64,000 bases of DNA, taken from the NCBI RefSeq assembly GCF_006345805.1, contig NC_043014.1:3720001-3784000 (forward strand), read 5' to 3'. Positions within the stretch are counted from its first letter, which is position 1; each line of letters starts with the position of its first letter. This DNA is from Octopus sinensis (Eukaryota). Below the pieces are notes generated by a model, which was not told where the DNA came from, made no database searches, and saw only the letters and a list, made by a program, of their open reading frames with translations. Positions 28,441 to 42,359 of the stretch are shown here, piece after piece. The position numbers and the translations under genes were made by a program.

Positions 28441-28659
28441 TGTTTTAGACTTCAAATGACGCCACCCCGTTGGCTAAGCGAGCAGGCCAACAGAAGAAAG
28501 GGAGAAAGTTGTTTCGAAAGAGTACAGCAGAGAAGACCACAAACCACTCCCTGAGTCCCGTGGAGCTTTAAACACACACAACGCCCAGTCTGGGAATCGA
28601 AACCGAGATCCGACAACCGTGAGTCCGCTGCCCAAACCACTGAGCCACTGCGCCTCCAC

Positions 28660-28660
<1 letters not shown>
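28441..28660 (-). mobile_element. OK-like SINE, 3' truncated by deletion
   Basis: Homologous to 14297-14582. Confidence 0.85.
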
Positions 28661-28697
<37 letters not shown>

Positions 28698-29401
28698 GCA
28701 TATCGAAATATAGCTATACACGTATACTTAGGCATACACACGATAAGTATCACAAATATACGTATCTACTTATACGCATACACACACACAAACGCACACA
28801 TATATGTGGGTGGACATACCCTGTATAGTGTGATTGTTCGTGTACAATTGAGCACTGTGTGTCTGTGTGCGTGCGTATGTGTGTGTGTTTGTGTTTATTT
28901 GTGCGTGTGTTTGTCCGTGTATCTGTGTTGTGTATGTATTTCATTCGTTCTTACATATTGTCATATATAAAAACCAACGTGAATTACAGTCAAACATTAC
29001 GAAATTCACCGATCTACATTGGCAATCGCACGTTTTATTTTCAGTTGGAAAGAAAAGATAAAAAAAACTCGCCTCACTTCCGTTCCTGATGGAGAGAATA
29101 GATAAATGTGTGTAAATATGTACGTATTCCTATGTGTGCGTGTGTGTGTGTTTGTATGTGTCTGTTTCTGTGCGTTGTGTGTAAGTGTACATCTAGATAT
29201 AATACTTAACAAATATTAATAGGGCTAAACGTTGCAGCGACAGGGCCTGGCCATGCTGGAACCCAACCATTAGATTTTTTTCATTACGCACTTATTTCCC
29301 TCTCCAGGATTATGTCTGGTGAAAGAGCGATCGGACAGGGGTACAATTCCACCCTTCTTTGTGTTTACTTGGGATGTGTTTATATGTATATATACATATA
29401 T

Positions 29402-29443
<42 letters not shown>

Positions 29444-29608
29444 ACACACACATATATATATATTTAGCAATTAAGAACAACTACTTAATAAGGAAAACTT
29501 AACAAGAAATTGTCAGGTAGATAGCGTAAAAACCTCATAAGAGAAAAAATTTCGAAAAAAAATTACTTCTTATTGAACATATTAATTTATATATAGAGGG
29601 CATTATAC

Positions 29609-29675
<67 letters not shown>

Positions 29676-29762
29676 TAGAGAGATAGATAGATAGATACAT
29701 AAATAGATATGTTATGTATATAATACGTAACAATGCATGTTGTTTGTATATATGATATGTAT

Positions 29763-29825
<63 letters not shown>

Positions 29826-29878
29826 ATATATATATAAGTGTGTGTGTGTGTGTGTGTTGTGTGTGTGTGTTTGTTGTG

Positions 29879-30168
29879 TGGGAGCACAATGGCCCAGTGA
29901 CCGTACGCGGACCACGTTTTCGATTCCCAGACCGAGCTTTCGTTGTGTGTGTTTATTGAGTGAAAAAAACCTAAAGCCCCACGAGGCCCCGGCTGGGGTT
30001 GGTCGCGATCCCTGCTGTTCTCTTTCCCCACAACTTTCGCTCACTCTTTCTTCTCTTGACCTGCTCGCTTTCTTAGGCCAGCGGAGCGGCGTCATTTGAA
30101 GACTAAAACAATGCGAAGCGCATTGTGACCAGCGATGTGTACTAACATCTGGTCGGTCACGGTGATAT
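29879..30168 (+). mobile_element. OK-like SINE, independent diverged insertion
   Basis: GGAGCACAATGGCCCAGTG...TTTCGATTCCCAGACC head and conserved 3' tail. Confidence 0.8.
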
Positions 30169-30204
30169 ATGAATATATAAATAATATATATATAATAATA
30201 TATA

Positions 30205-30395
30205 TATAATTATAATAAGGGTTTTTAGCAACAAGTTGCTTAAACACATACCAAAAATATTAGAAATAGCAGTCAAGGCCTACCATTTCTATTACCAACA
30301 ATGGTAGAAATGGTAGCCCTTTGACTGCTATTTCTAATATTTTCCGTATGTGGTTTAAGCAACTTGTTTGCAAAGAGCTCTTATTATAATTATAT
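30205..30395. repeat. About 190 bp hairpin element in (TA)n
   Basis: caagttgcttaaac...tagaaatagcagtcaagg is inverted as ctttgactgctatttcta...gtttaagcaacttg. Confidence 0.75.
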
Positions 30396-30568
30396 ATATT
30401 TTTACCGTATTGGCTTTGTTCATACCGAAATACTACTAGGTGAAATTTTTGATTTTATTAAATTAATTATATTTCGCATATTATCTGTATATATGTATTA
30501 TATATATGTATATATATAGATATATATCTATTATATATATATATAATATAGATTATAATATATATATA

Positions 30569-30607
<39 letters not shown>

Positions 30608-30608
<1 letters not shown>

Positions 30609-30780
30609 CAGGTGTCTGTGTGGGTAAGACACTTGCTTGTTAACCACAAGGTATTCTGTTCAGTCCCACTGGTAGAAAATTGGACGAATGACTACCACTA
30701 TAACGTCGAGCTGACCAGAGCCATGTCGGTAGATTTAGTAGATTGAGACTGAAAGAAGGATGCTATACACACACACACAC

Positions 30781-30820
<40 letters not shown>

Positions 30821-31075
30821 ACAAACACACACACTCAGATGTGTATGTATGTATGTATCTATGTATTATGTATGTGTCTGTGATTGTCGCACCACAATCG
30901 CTTCTCAATTGATGTCGGTCGGGTGTTACGCTCCCGTTAATATCGGTTCGGCTAGAGAAACCGATAGAATGAGCACTAGGCTTACAAAGAATAATCCTGA
31001 AGTCGATTTGTCCTACTAAACGCCAGTGCTCTAGCATGGCTGCAGTCAAATGACTGAAACGGATATGAACGAATA
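30608..31075 (+). mobile_element. OR-type SINE with head, internal microsatellite and tail
   Basis: tRNA-like head ctgtgtgggtaagacacttgct...gttcagtcccactg, then actgaaagaag, (CA)n and the gcatggctgcagtcaaatgactgaaac tail. Confidence 0.6.
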
Positions 31076-31099
31076 TATTTTTAGACACCGCACACACAC

Positions 31100-31135
<36 letters not shown>

Positions 31136-31843
31136 ACACACCACACACACACATATATATGTTATAGAGAGGCCGAGAGAGAGAGATACACAGATAGTAA
31201 CATACACACACGCATATACATGTTTGTGCATATGTATATATATATATATAATATAATATATATAATATATATATATATAATCTATATATATATATATATG
31301 TATGTATATATATTATATATATACATACTTAATAAAGAGAGTTCAGCAAAGATTTGCTTTACCACATAGCGAAGTTTAGAAGTAGCAGCCAAAATCTTAG
31401 CTATTACTTCTACTTTAAAAAATGACTTCTAGAGAACCAAAAATAATATATAGAGAGAGAGATACACACACGCATATATGTTTTATATATTATATATATG
31501 TACACGTGCTAATAAATTCATTATATTGTATATTTATATATACATATATATGTATATTATATATATAATACACGAAAAGTATATATATGTATATACACAT
31601 ATGTATGTTTTAGTGTGTGCGCCTGTGTGTTCGTGTGTCTGTGATTATGTGTGATCTTATGTGGGTGTGTGTGCTCCATAGGACATATGTACGTGATTCA
31701 TGCATACATCCTTACATCCATCCATCCATCGTCTACGTACATACATCCACATATTAATCATACATACGTAAATGCATACATACATACATGATATATAAAT
31801 ACATAAAGACATAAAATATATTAACGCAAAATCCATGACTTAC

Positions 31844-31991
31844 CGTTTTCGATTTCTCTCCCTTTTTCCTATTCTTGAATCGTGATGAAGAATCACGATC
31901 GTCAGTCAGAACGAGAATGAAACCCCAAAAGCTATGAGAGAGAAATGGAATAACGCTGCGAAATATTCCTGGACAGTTGTGCGAAATCCAT
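31844..31991 (-). pseudogene. Exon 1 of gene copy 2, frameshifted as assembled
   Basis: Several small indels give an early TAG; the region is indel-rich, so these may be consensus errors. Confidence 0.55.
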
Positions 31992-33827
31992 TCTGGGACG
32001 TTGTCGGTCGTACGTGATACTTCGTGTGGCTTCAACAAAAGATCGAGATGCGAGGTTTAAGCTGAAGACCTGTAACTGAATTCCACGTATTTATTGAGCG
32101 CACAACAACCCAGCTCTGGCATAGATCTTATCGTAAATTTATGAACAATGCGATTGGTGGAACTGTAAAAGTGGGCGTGAACTTGTCTGACAGGTTTAAT
32201 TATTGGAAAGAGATGGTTTGATATTGTCACACAATAATTAGCAATATATTTGATGAATGAGAGACACGTGTAAAGTGAAATGATTCCTGTTTCTGGATAT
32301 TTATTATGAATTATTTATTTACTATGTTGTTTATTTAATTTTTATTTGTTATTCTTGGGAAACTGTTTTAATATTGAGTGTGGGAAGTATTTCGTTCAAC
32401 CGACAAATACACAGACACAAAGCACACACACACCACACACACACACTGACATACAGACACACAGACACACACACACGCACACACACTAATACACACACAA
32501 CACTGACATACACACACACCAACACACACACCCACAGACAACAACACACACTGACACACACACTGACACACACACACAGATACAATTTCTTACACACACA
32601 CACACACACACTCACGCACACACACACACACTGACACACCCACACACACACGTTATACCACCACACGCACACACCACACTAGCACACCACACACACACTG
32701 AAACACACACACAACACTCCCACACGCAAACATACACTCACACCACACAAACACACACAAACACACACACACACACCACACCACACACCACAAACACACA
32801 CACACACACACACTCTCACACACTGTTTAATATTCAGTGTGGGAAGTATTTCGTTCAACCCACACAGTAATCGCAAGACTAATTAATGAAGTCCGTTGTT
32901 CGGATTGGATTCTTCACAACAAGCGTTTAATCTGATTAGAAACGTTTTATGTGAATATCAAATCATCAACCTACCAATTCCCACCCACACCTACATTCAT
33001 ACATACATGCATACATACATATATACATACACACATACATACATACATATATACATGCATACATACCCCATACATACATAATAATTCTTACATACACCAC
33101 ACATATATACATACATACACACATACATGCACACATACATACATACAAACATACATACATACACACCCATAACATACATACATACATACATACATACTTT
33201 CATACATACATACATGTATGCATATATTTATACATACAAGTATGTATGTATACATGTATACATGCATGTATGTTTGAATGTAAGCATGTATATATCGATA
33301 GACACATATACACATACATACATATATACTACATACATACATACATCCATACATACTACATGCATACATACTTACATCAATCCTCCATCCATCCATACAT
33401 ACCTACTTGGTGGCTGCACCCTCGTTATCGAGTATGGGCATTGCACGAGCTTAAATCAATGTTATTATCTTGCATGGCTGTGCATGAAGATTTTTTTTTA
33501 TAGCAGAAAGGCTGTGCACTGTGTTAATCCCAGTCACTAAGCAACAGCAGCCATATTCCGAAAGAAGAAAAAGTCAACATCATCGGTAACCACTGAGCCG
33601 CAGGTTTTATATCGGAGTTATCCCGTTACCTTAGTAACTTCTCCAAAAGGATGCACCTAGCAAAGTCTAGGAGTCCTTCACTCCAACGGTTTAACGCGCG
33701 CGATCGGGTATTCAGTCCGATTATTTCTATGTCCCCGCGCATGATACAGCCTTAAGACATATATTGGATGGCCGTTGACTCTCAAGAGTTCCTCCGCTCT
33801 TTGACGGGTTTTGTTTTTCATCCGCAG

Positions 33828-33927
33828 NNNNNNNNNNNNNNNNNNNNNNNNNNNNNNNNNNNNNNNNNNNNNNNNNNNNNNNNNNNNNNNNNNNNNNNNN
33901 NNNNNNNNNNNNNNNNNNNNNNNNNNN
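33828..33927. other. Assembly gap (100 N)
   Basis: Run of N. Confidence 1.
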
Positions 33928-34889
33928 ACACCCACACACACCCACATACTGACAAACACAACACAACACCACACCCACACACACCACACACACGACACAC
34001 ACACTGACACACACACACAGATACTGTCTTACACACACACACACTCACGCACAGACATACACATGACACACACCACACTGAACACACACACCACACGCTG
34101 ACACACACACGCACATACACACTGACACACACACATACACTTACACACACACCCACATACATGACACGCATATATAACACACACACACACACTCCCACAC
34201 CACACCATACACTGACACACACACCACACACTCACACACACACACACACACTCACACACTGTTTTAATATCCAGAGTGGGAAGTATTTCGTTCAACCCCA
34301 CACAGTAATCGCAAGACTTAATCTAATGAAGTCCGCTGTTCGGATTGGATTCTCCACAACAAGCGTTAATCGGATTAGAAAAGTTTTATGGGAATATCAA
34401 AATCAAAAACCTACCAATCCCACCCACCCATACATACATTACATATATACATACATACATACATGCATACATACATACTACAGACATACATACATTACAT
34501 ACATACATACATACATACATGCACGCATACATTCAAACGTACATACATACACCCATACATATATACATGCATACATACATACACACATACATACATACAT
34601 ACATGCATAACATACTCACTCAACGTATATACATACATCATATACATTATGTATACTACATACAATTAATATCACCCTTCATTGTTACTCATAAACCATA
34701 TTCATCTCAGCAAATGACCACAGCACTTGTCTTGGCTACACGCGGGTGGGAAGGGACTGTTGACACAAGCTTTCATTCATACTTTGAATTTGGTGATACT
34801 AGTGTGGCTTCTAGCTCGCTCTAATATGAGTTGAGTTGGTGCCTTCTATTATCTCAAAATCAATATTCAATCATTCATGATTGTTGTAT

Positions 34890-34980
34890 CCTGCGCTGAT
34901 GAGAGAAGAAGTCTGGGTAAGTAGAATTATCTAATTCTTATACTTTCCTAAGACTTGATCTCGAAACGTACGTCCGTATG
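34890..34980 (+). ncRNA. Type I hammerhead ribozyme, intact core
   Basis: CCTGCG-CTGATGA (34896-34902)-GAGA...long hairpin AAGTCT/AGACTT...TCTC-GAAA-CGTACG-TC-CGTATG; palindromic stem III ACGTACGT; GTC at 34972-34974. Confidence 0.8.
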
Positions 34981-35274
34981 TGACTTAAAAATGTACGATA
35001 GATTGCCTAATCACTTCTTTTTACCTGTTTGTGTTTGCCTTTCAAATGCTGTGTCTTACTGTGATCTCCTTTTTAGTAGAAGAAATAGCTATAATCTCTT
35101 TGACTGCTATTTCTAAATTCGGTGTGCGGTAAGCAATTCGTTGCTAAACCCTTAATTGCTTAGTATTACTTAAATTTCCTCGAATGAGGCTTTTACATGC
35201 CGAAGACTACTTGGTGTAATTGATAATTATTACACAATTAATTAATTTCACCCTTCATTGTCACATAGATATAT

Positions 35275-35311
<37 letters not shown>

Positions 35312-37430
35312 CACACATACACACATACATACACCAACATACATACATACATACACAAACTACATACATACATACACACTTACATACATACATCTTTCAT
35401 ATTCATACATACATACAACATGTATGCATATATTTATACATACATGTACGTATGTATACATGTATACATAAATGTATTTTTGGAATGTAAGCAAATATAT
35501 ATCGATAGACACATATACACATATATACATATATACATACATACATACATAATTACATCCATACATACATGCCATACCTACTTACATCCATCCATCCATC
35601 CATAGATACATACATACATACTTGGTGGCTGCCCCCTCGTTATCGAGTATGGCATTGCACGAAGCTTAATCAATGTTGTTATCTTGCAATGCCTGTGCAT
35701 GAAGATTTTTTTTATACTGAGTAAAGGCTGTGCACTGTGTCAATCCCAGTCACTAAGCAACAGCAGCCATAATCCGAATCGAACTATAAGTCAACCTCAT
35801 CGGTAACCACTGAGCCGCAGGATTTATATCGGAGTTATCCGGTTACCTGAGTTACCTTCTCCTAGAAGGATGCCTAACAAGTCTAGGAGTCTTCACTCCC
35901 ATTGGTTTAACGCGCGATCGGGTATTCAGTCGATTATTTCTATTTCGCCGCGCATGATACGGCCTTAAGACATATATGGATGGCCGTTCATTCTCAAGAG
36001 TTCCTCCGCTCTTTGACGGGTTTTGTTTTTCATCCCGCAGGGGTGTCAATAAACTCCCTCTCACCAAGCAAGCTTGGTGGGTTGCCGGCTTAGTCGCCGA
36101 CGACCCGACAATGCAACAGGTTGTACTGGGTTACTGTTTACCAGTAGCACGAACGAAAGGACCTGACATTACATACATGCATACATACATACATATATAC
36201 ATACATACATACATACATACATGCATACATACATACATGCATACATACATACATATATACATACATACATACATACAAGCATACATACATACATGCATTC
36301 ATACATACATATATACATACATACATACATACATGCATACATACATACATACATGCATGCATACATGCATACATACATACATACATACATACATACATAC
36401 ATACATGCATAAATACATACGTACATACATACATACATACATACATACATGCATGCATACATACATACATGCATTCATACATACATATATACATACATAC
36501 ATACATACATACATGCAATACATACATACATACATGCATGCATACATGCATAATACATACATACATACATACATACATACATACATACATACATGCATAC
36601 ATACATACATATTAACATATTAACGTACATACATGCATACATACATACATACATACATACATGCATACATACATACATGCATACATTCATGCATGCATAC
36701 ATACATACATACATGCATACATACATACATACATACATACAACATACATACATACATACATACATGCATACATACATACATACATGCATACATACATATA
36801 TACATACATGCATACATACATGCATACATACATACATGCATACATACATACATACATACATAAATACATACATACATACATAAATACATACATACATACA
36901 TACAAACGTACATACATGCATACATACATACATACATACATGCATACATACATACATACATATATACATACATACATACATACATGCATACATACATACA
37001 AAAATATCCTGTTCATGTTGTTGAAATTCCAATGAAAGATACTTGGAACTAAGTTAGAAGCCGTCTCTCTTTCTGTTGGCCAGAAATATTCTATTAAAAC
37101 CGAATAATGACATTCATACATATTTTAGCTAGTCATTATCACTAGCTTTGAATATGTTTCTTCTTGTTCTATAAATCATATCAAAACATACAGGTACAGT
37201 GTCTCCCATTTGAAACTCAATTCGCAAGTGCACCTTCCGTATGGACTGCATTTGTACGTCGGAATTCCATAGTTATGATTAAATTTCTTAGATGAAGCAT
37301 ATTAGACCCCTCAAATATAGTTTGACCTAATTTAATAAATATGTGTGTGTGGTGTGTGTGTTTGTGTGTATGTGTTGTGGGTGTTTGTGGTGCTTGCGTG
37401 CGTGTGTGGTTGGGTGTGTGTGTGTGTGTG

Positions 37431-37477
<47 letters not shown>

Positions 37478-38967
37478 TGTGTGTAACACTCTCGGTTTGG
37501 CCCTCGAAATAAGGTGAATTTGAAATAAGCTACAAAATAAATCTTACAGCCATGTCAGATTTCAACAAAGTCCCATAATTTTTCCTATTGTAATGGCGGG
37601 TTGCATATGCAGCTGCGCATGCTCTGTACAGCTTAAAACACCTGGCGGTCGTTTTAACTGTCTAATTATGCCGCTGAATCAAAAGATGATTTTGAAGATC
37701 TACCAGCGTCCGTATTCTCTGCAAATGTTTACGATTTACAACAAGGAAAATATTTGTAATCTAGAGAAGCGAATGAGATTTACCCATTAGACTAATAATG
37801 GTGGATAGTAAACATTAATAATCTTTAATCTTTATTGCAGCTTGATGCTGTAAACCGAACCTTCGTTTATCTAACAAATATTCGACACACTCCAACATTA
37901 CAGTCATGAATCCTATTGGATATAACGTGACGGTCACAACATCTCAGCCTTCTTACACACAGCATCCTGGTTGCCCTGAGATATTTGCTCTCTTTACTCG
38001 CGCTTTATGGGTGTTGTAGTCGTTTTACATGAAATGTCTTCAGCTTCTAGGATTCATCCTTTCTTCGAGTCTGGTATGTGTACGTAGCGGAGTGAAAGAA
38101 ATCGTCGTATTTGATGTTCTTGCTGTCGAAATGAGGCAATTTTTCTGGTTGATTTCATTTCTTATTCTTGTATATCAGCGCTTAGTATATGACGTGTATG
38201 TTGTGGCATCGAGTTTCATTTTGTATCTTATTTTGAAGAGAGGTGGGAATTTCGTGATATAGATTTAGGTGGCAGGACCAATACTCATATATACTGTCTT
38301 TTGAGGGATTGATCGTGTAAATTCCACATTCTCAGAAAGCTTAAATTGAAACATTTTGTGATATTTCTAAAGTAGACGATAATAGGTTTTTAAGTAGTGG
38401 GGTAGGAAAGGAACAGAAAGCTTTCCTGATTAATAATGGCAAATAGAATGGTTTGTGAAGACGTATCTTGTTGTGTGAAAAGATCAGTTAAGTTCTGTGC
38501 TAAGTAATGTAGCGTTCATGGGTCTTTGTCAGAATCCGAGTTGTAATTTGAAAACCAAGATGTCTGAGATAGGTAGCGTCGTGTATTAGAAATCTAAGGC
38601 TGTGCCATGAAAAGCTGATATAATTTATGGTGGTACTACTTGTTGGGGTTTTGTTGAATCATGAGACAGAAGACAAATACTGTTATTAAACAAAATAACA
38701 TTTTATTTCAACGATATTAGTTGATAAACTGAAATCTACAAAATGTTTTCTAGAATCATTTCGACAGATTTAGATTTTTCTTGTTTTTGAGGATATTTCT
38801 GGCATTCTAGGTCGCCTCATTTGTATGTTTGAATATCTTCTGTAAACTAGTACAACAGTTTATTGTAACGATAGACATACTTTTAAAGAAAATATTAGGT
38901 AACACAATTAAATTGTGTTATTTATGAAATTCATAGACATTTCGTATGGAACGAATTTAATTTCTAT

Positions 38968-39465
38968 TCAATATTTACTACACACAACGCAGGTAATCTT
39001 GACCATTGACATACTGTGGACATGGCAATGAACCACAAGCAGCCTGAACGAAATATAAAACAGCTCCATCTTCGTTTCTGTAACCTGCTGGATCAGCTTC
39101 TGGTGCATAATCCACACAAACATATTCAAGTCTGCCCTTACTATTACAATGCGCGGTCATCAAATATCCCGAATACTCAGCTGTCCAGCCAGCGTAACAC
39201 CAGCTGTCCTCGCTGGTAACATCATAACGACAGCAGGTTGTCGTGTCAAACAGACAGCGCACGGAACGTTGTGATCATGAATTGATTCAGCGTTAGCAAA
39301 AGAAAAGAGTTTATTAGTTGGGTATAACTGTAGTTGATATTCACTGCCATAAATCCAACCTCCATCTTCACCTTCTGTAGTATAATTGGCCCAAATGGGA
39401 TCGTTGGGTAGACATAAGAGATTACTTCCGCCCCCAGTATGGGAAGATGTTGTCACCAACGACAC
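38968..39465 (-). pseudogene. Exon 4 of gene copy 3, frameshifted as assembled
   Basis: Domain split over ORFs 39160-39465 and 38978-39262, with several 1-2 bp indels. Confidence 0.75.
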
Positions 39466-39720
39466 CTAGAATTGGTAAGAATAAATCAAGTAAAAAAGAT
39501 GTAAGAAAAATTATATATGAAATAACGGAAAAATTCATTACTGTTAAAAGAAGACATGTTTAGCCACGTGTGAACGAATTTTGTGTGTATATATGTAGTG
39601 TTTATGTGAGTGCAAGCGGTGTGTTGAGGTATGCTTGAGATCATAGCTGTGCATTTGCATTCTCTTCATATATATATATATATATGTAATCGAAGTAAGC
39701 AACAAGGATATCCAGAGAAA

Positions 39721-39804
39721 TGCAGTGCAATTGTTTCATGCAACTCCATTAAATTGAACAATACAATCATCATCAATTTAAAAATAGAGGAATCTTCAGC
39801 TGCA
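39721..39804 (-). ncRNA. Type I hammerhead, degenerate (U16.1 to C)
   Basis: Minus strand TGCAG-CTGAAGA-T...GCAT-GAAA-CAATTG-CA-CTGCA. Confidence 0.55.
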
Positions 39805-40492
39805 CACAATACATAGGATTTAATTAAAATTAAACAGATTGACACATTAGTATAATTATACCTAAAATTTCCAAGAAGTTAAGGAGATACACAAAGAACA
39901 TGTTGTCTCTACTTCAGCGTAGAAGTTAATAAAATTATCAGAAATTATGAATACTATGAATACAAAATGTATTCAACCACTCCTATCCTTTTGTTATATT
40001 TATTCTTCTTAATATTCCTTTGGAAAACCCTAAACTCCAACTGTATCATAGCAACATTGTTTAAAATATTTAACTATAATATATGATAAGACCTTCCGTT
40101 TCATTGTCAAAGTCTGCAGTGTGCGACCCCCTTAATTATCAGCTAACATCTTGTTTTAAGATTTCCCTTACTAAACCTCATGGTATGCTTATAATGATTC
40201 TTGATTTTTTTATAATTATACCAATAGAATGTCTATCTACTCCCTCAGCCCTCCCCCTAACAGATACTGCCTATGTTCTCTCAGCCTTAGATATACAAAG
40301 GATTTTTAAACAAATTAAAACTGACCCCATAAAGATAAATAATCAGTGGTAAGCTGAGTCTTCTTCATAATTTAGTAGTAACTGCTATGCTGAAATAGAA
40401 ACAGCATGTTCTATGTAAAATCTTGGAGATTTTAAGTATAATTATACAAATGTGTCCATCTGTTGTACACTAATTAAATTCTACGTCTTTGT

Positions 40493-40573
40493 GCAGCTGA
40501 AGATTGCTCTAAATTTGAACTGATGTAATGATTACATTATTGAATAAATAGGTGCATGAAACGAACGTACTGC
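40493..40573 (+). ncRNA. Type I hammerhead variant (U-U at 10.1/11.1)
   Basis: GCAG-CTGAAGA-TTGC...GCAT-GAAA-CGAACG-TA-CTGC; GTA triplet at 40567-40569. Confidence 0.65.
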
Positions 40574-41890
40574 TTATTTTAATCGTTGCTTATTTAAATT
40601 TTAATCACCTAACTTTGAAATTGTATGGATAATGCCGTACTAAATTTGGAGGCTCAACTTAATAACCATATTCATCTGAATCAATGTATTATATTATATA
40701 TATATTATATATATGTAGGTAATGTATATATATGTGTGTGTATACGGGTAAGTATTTGGGGATATGACGTGGATTATTATGTAAGATTGCATGGGGAAGT
40801 ATTTCTGCGTGGATGTTAATAGAAGGAGAGAAAAAGAAGGTATTCTGTAAGCATGTTCTCTTGTTTACCCGAAATGGAAAATTTGTTCACGAGTGAACGG
40901 GGATATTTTGGTGATTGAGTCGGCGACGATTAAATATACGTGTAGGATTTATAAAGAGCAGATTCAGAGCATTTTTAAGGAATGTGAGGTTGATTGGGGA
41001 CGCAGTTTGTAGCAGCAGTTTTGAATTGGAAGTTTCGGAATTACCTTACAAAGATATACTGGATAATTAATGAGGTGATGTGGTGCATGAAAAGAGCAAG
41101 GTTTAGCGATAGGACGATTTCGGTGAGGCGGAGATGAATAGAAGTGCATTCTGTTCCCTGTTGTGTTCTCTCACTAATATTTAGTCTCTCTATATATTAC
41201 TTAATGAATACAGTCCTCAGCTTTTTCCATCAGTTACAGTATGGTGGCTTGTCCAGTCCTCATCTACATGTTGCATTCTTTCATTAATCGTTTACAGTCA
41301 CTGTCATCAATTCTAATAGACTCTTTTCAATTTAGTCCACACCTACGATCATTGGGCACTCTAGTTAAAGATAGTCAAGTGGCCACTTTTCAGCTCTGGT
41401 CACTCACGTACAATATCACCATCCGTAGCCAGTACAATTGATCACCAGTTAGCAGCCTCGATATTGACATCTACAATCCAAAGCTGGACAGCCTGAAATT
41501 CTTGATCGCCATGGTGGTTTTCAGTCCAGCCCGATCTGTAATTAACGTAGAGATATCTATATTCTGTGGTTAGACAACATCCTTTTCACTTGGTCCGTTG
41601 TAGACAACATATAATATTCTGATTTGACCAAATACCTACAAAGGAGTAAGCAGTCTTGTGTAGTGTCTGTATAGTCTACAGGTATAGACGTTTGAAACGT
41701 GACATATCATAAGAGGATTTGAGAATGTTTATGTCAGACAACCCGACAAAGGGTGGGTGTGTGTGCATGTGCGTGAGAGAAAGGGTGAGAGAGAAAGAGA
41801 GGCAACAAAAAGAGAGAATGAGAGGTATAAAAAGAGAACAAGAGAAAGACAAAAAAAGAATGAGAGGTGAGAAATATAAAGTATACTAAC

Positions 41891-41965
41891 CGTCATATAC
41901 AAGTTTTGAATAAGGAGGACAAGTTGTTCTGCCACACCGGGTATACAATGATCCGAGACCGGGTT
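41891..41965 (-). CDS. Exon 3, gene copy 3
   Basis: 75 nt PGLGSLYTRCGRTTCPPYSKLVYD; the conserved W is replaced by C. Confidence 0.75.
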
Positions 41966-42359
41966 CTGCGAAATTAAAATGAAATAATGTAGTTTAAAAG
42001 AAAGAATTGGGGAATCATTTACAAAGTAGGTTGTTGGATGGGAAGGAATTGATGGAGAAGAGAGAAAGATAGAATTTAAGAAAGAACGAGTGAATGAATG
42101 AAAGTCAGAACGAAAGATGTAAATAATAAGAATAAATTGTAAAGAAAGAAAAAAGACATTTGTATGTTGAGCCTGTTGGTGACGTTGATGTCAAAGATTT
42201 GAGAGATTAATCGCAGAATATCAGAATGTGTATCGGTCTCCGCTATGAACGGATGTATGTATGATACGTAAACTTGGGTATGAGTATATATACTTCTCAA
42301 TAGAATAATGATAAAATATTCGCCAGGTGCGAATATTCATCGGTCAATTACAAATATCA

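Larger units (their letters stand above)
39690..40690. mobile_element. About 1 kb insertion with diverged long inverted repeats carrying hammerheads
   Basis: About 39695-39950 is a diverged inverse of about 40365-40595; lies in a (TA)n tract and is unique to unit 3. Confidence 0.65.

Noticed and set aside
32820-36040. Apparent extra duplication of the CA/TACA/RTE block
   Set aside because: The two copies flank the 100-N gap in indel-rich sequence, so an uncollapsed overlap or haplotype is likely.
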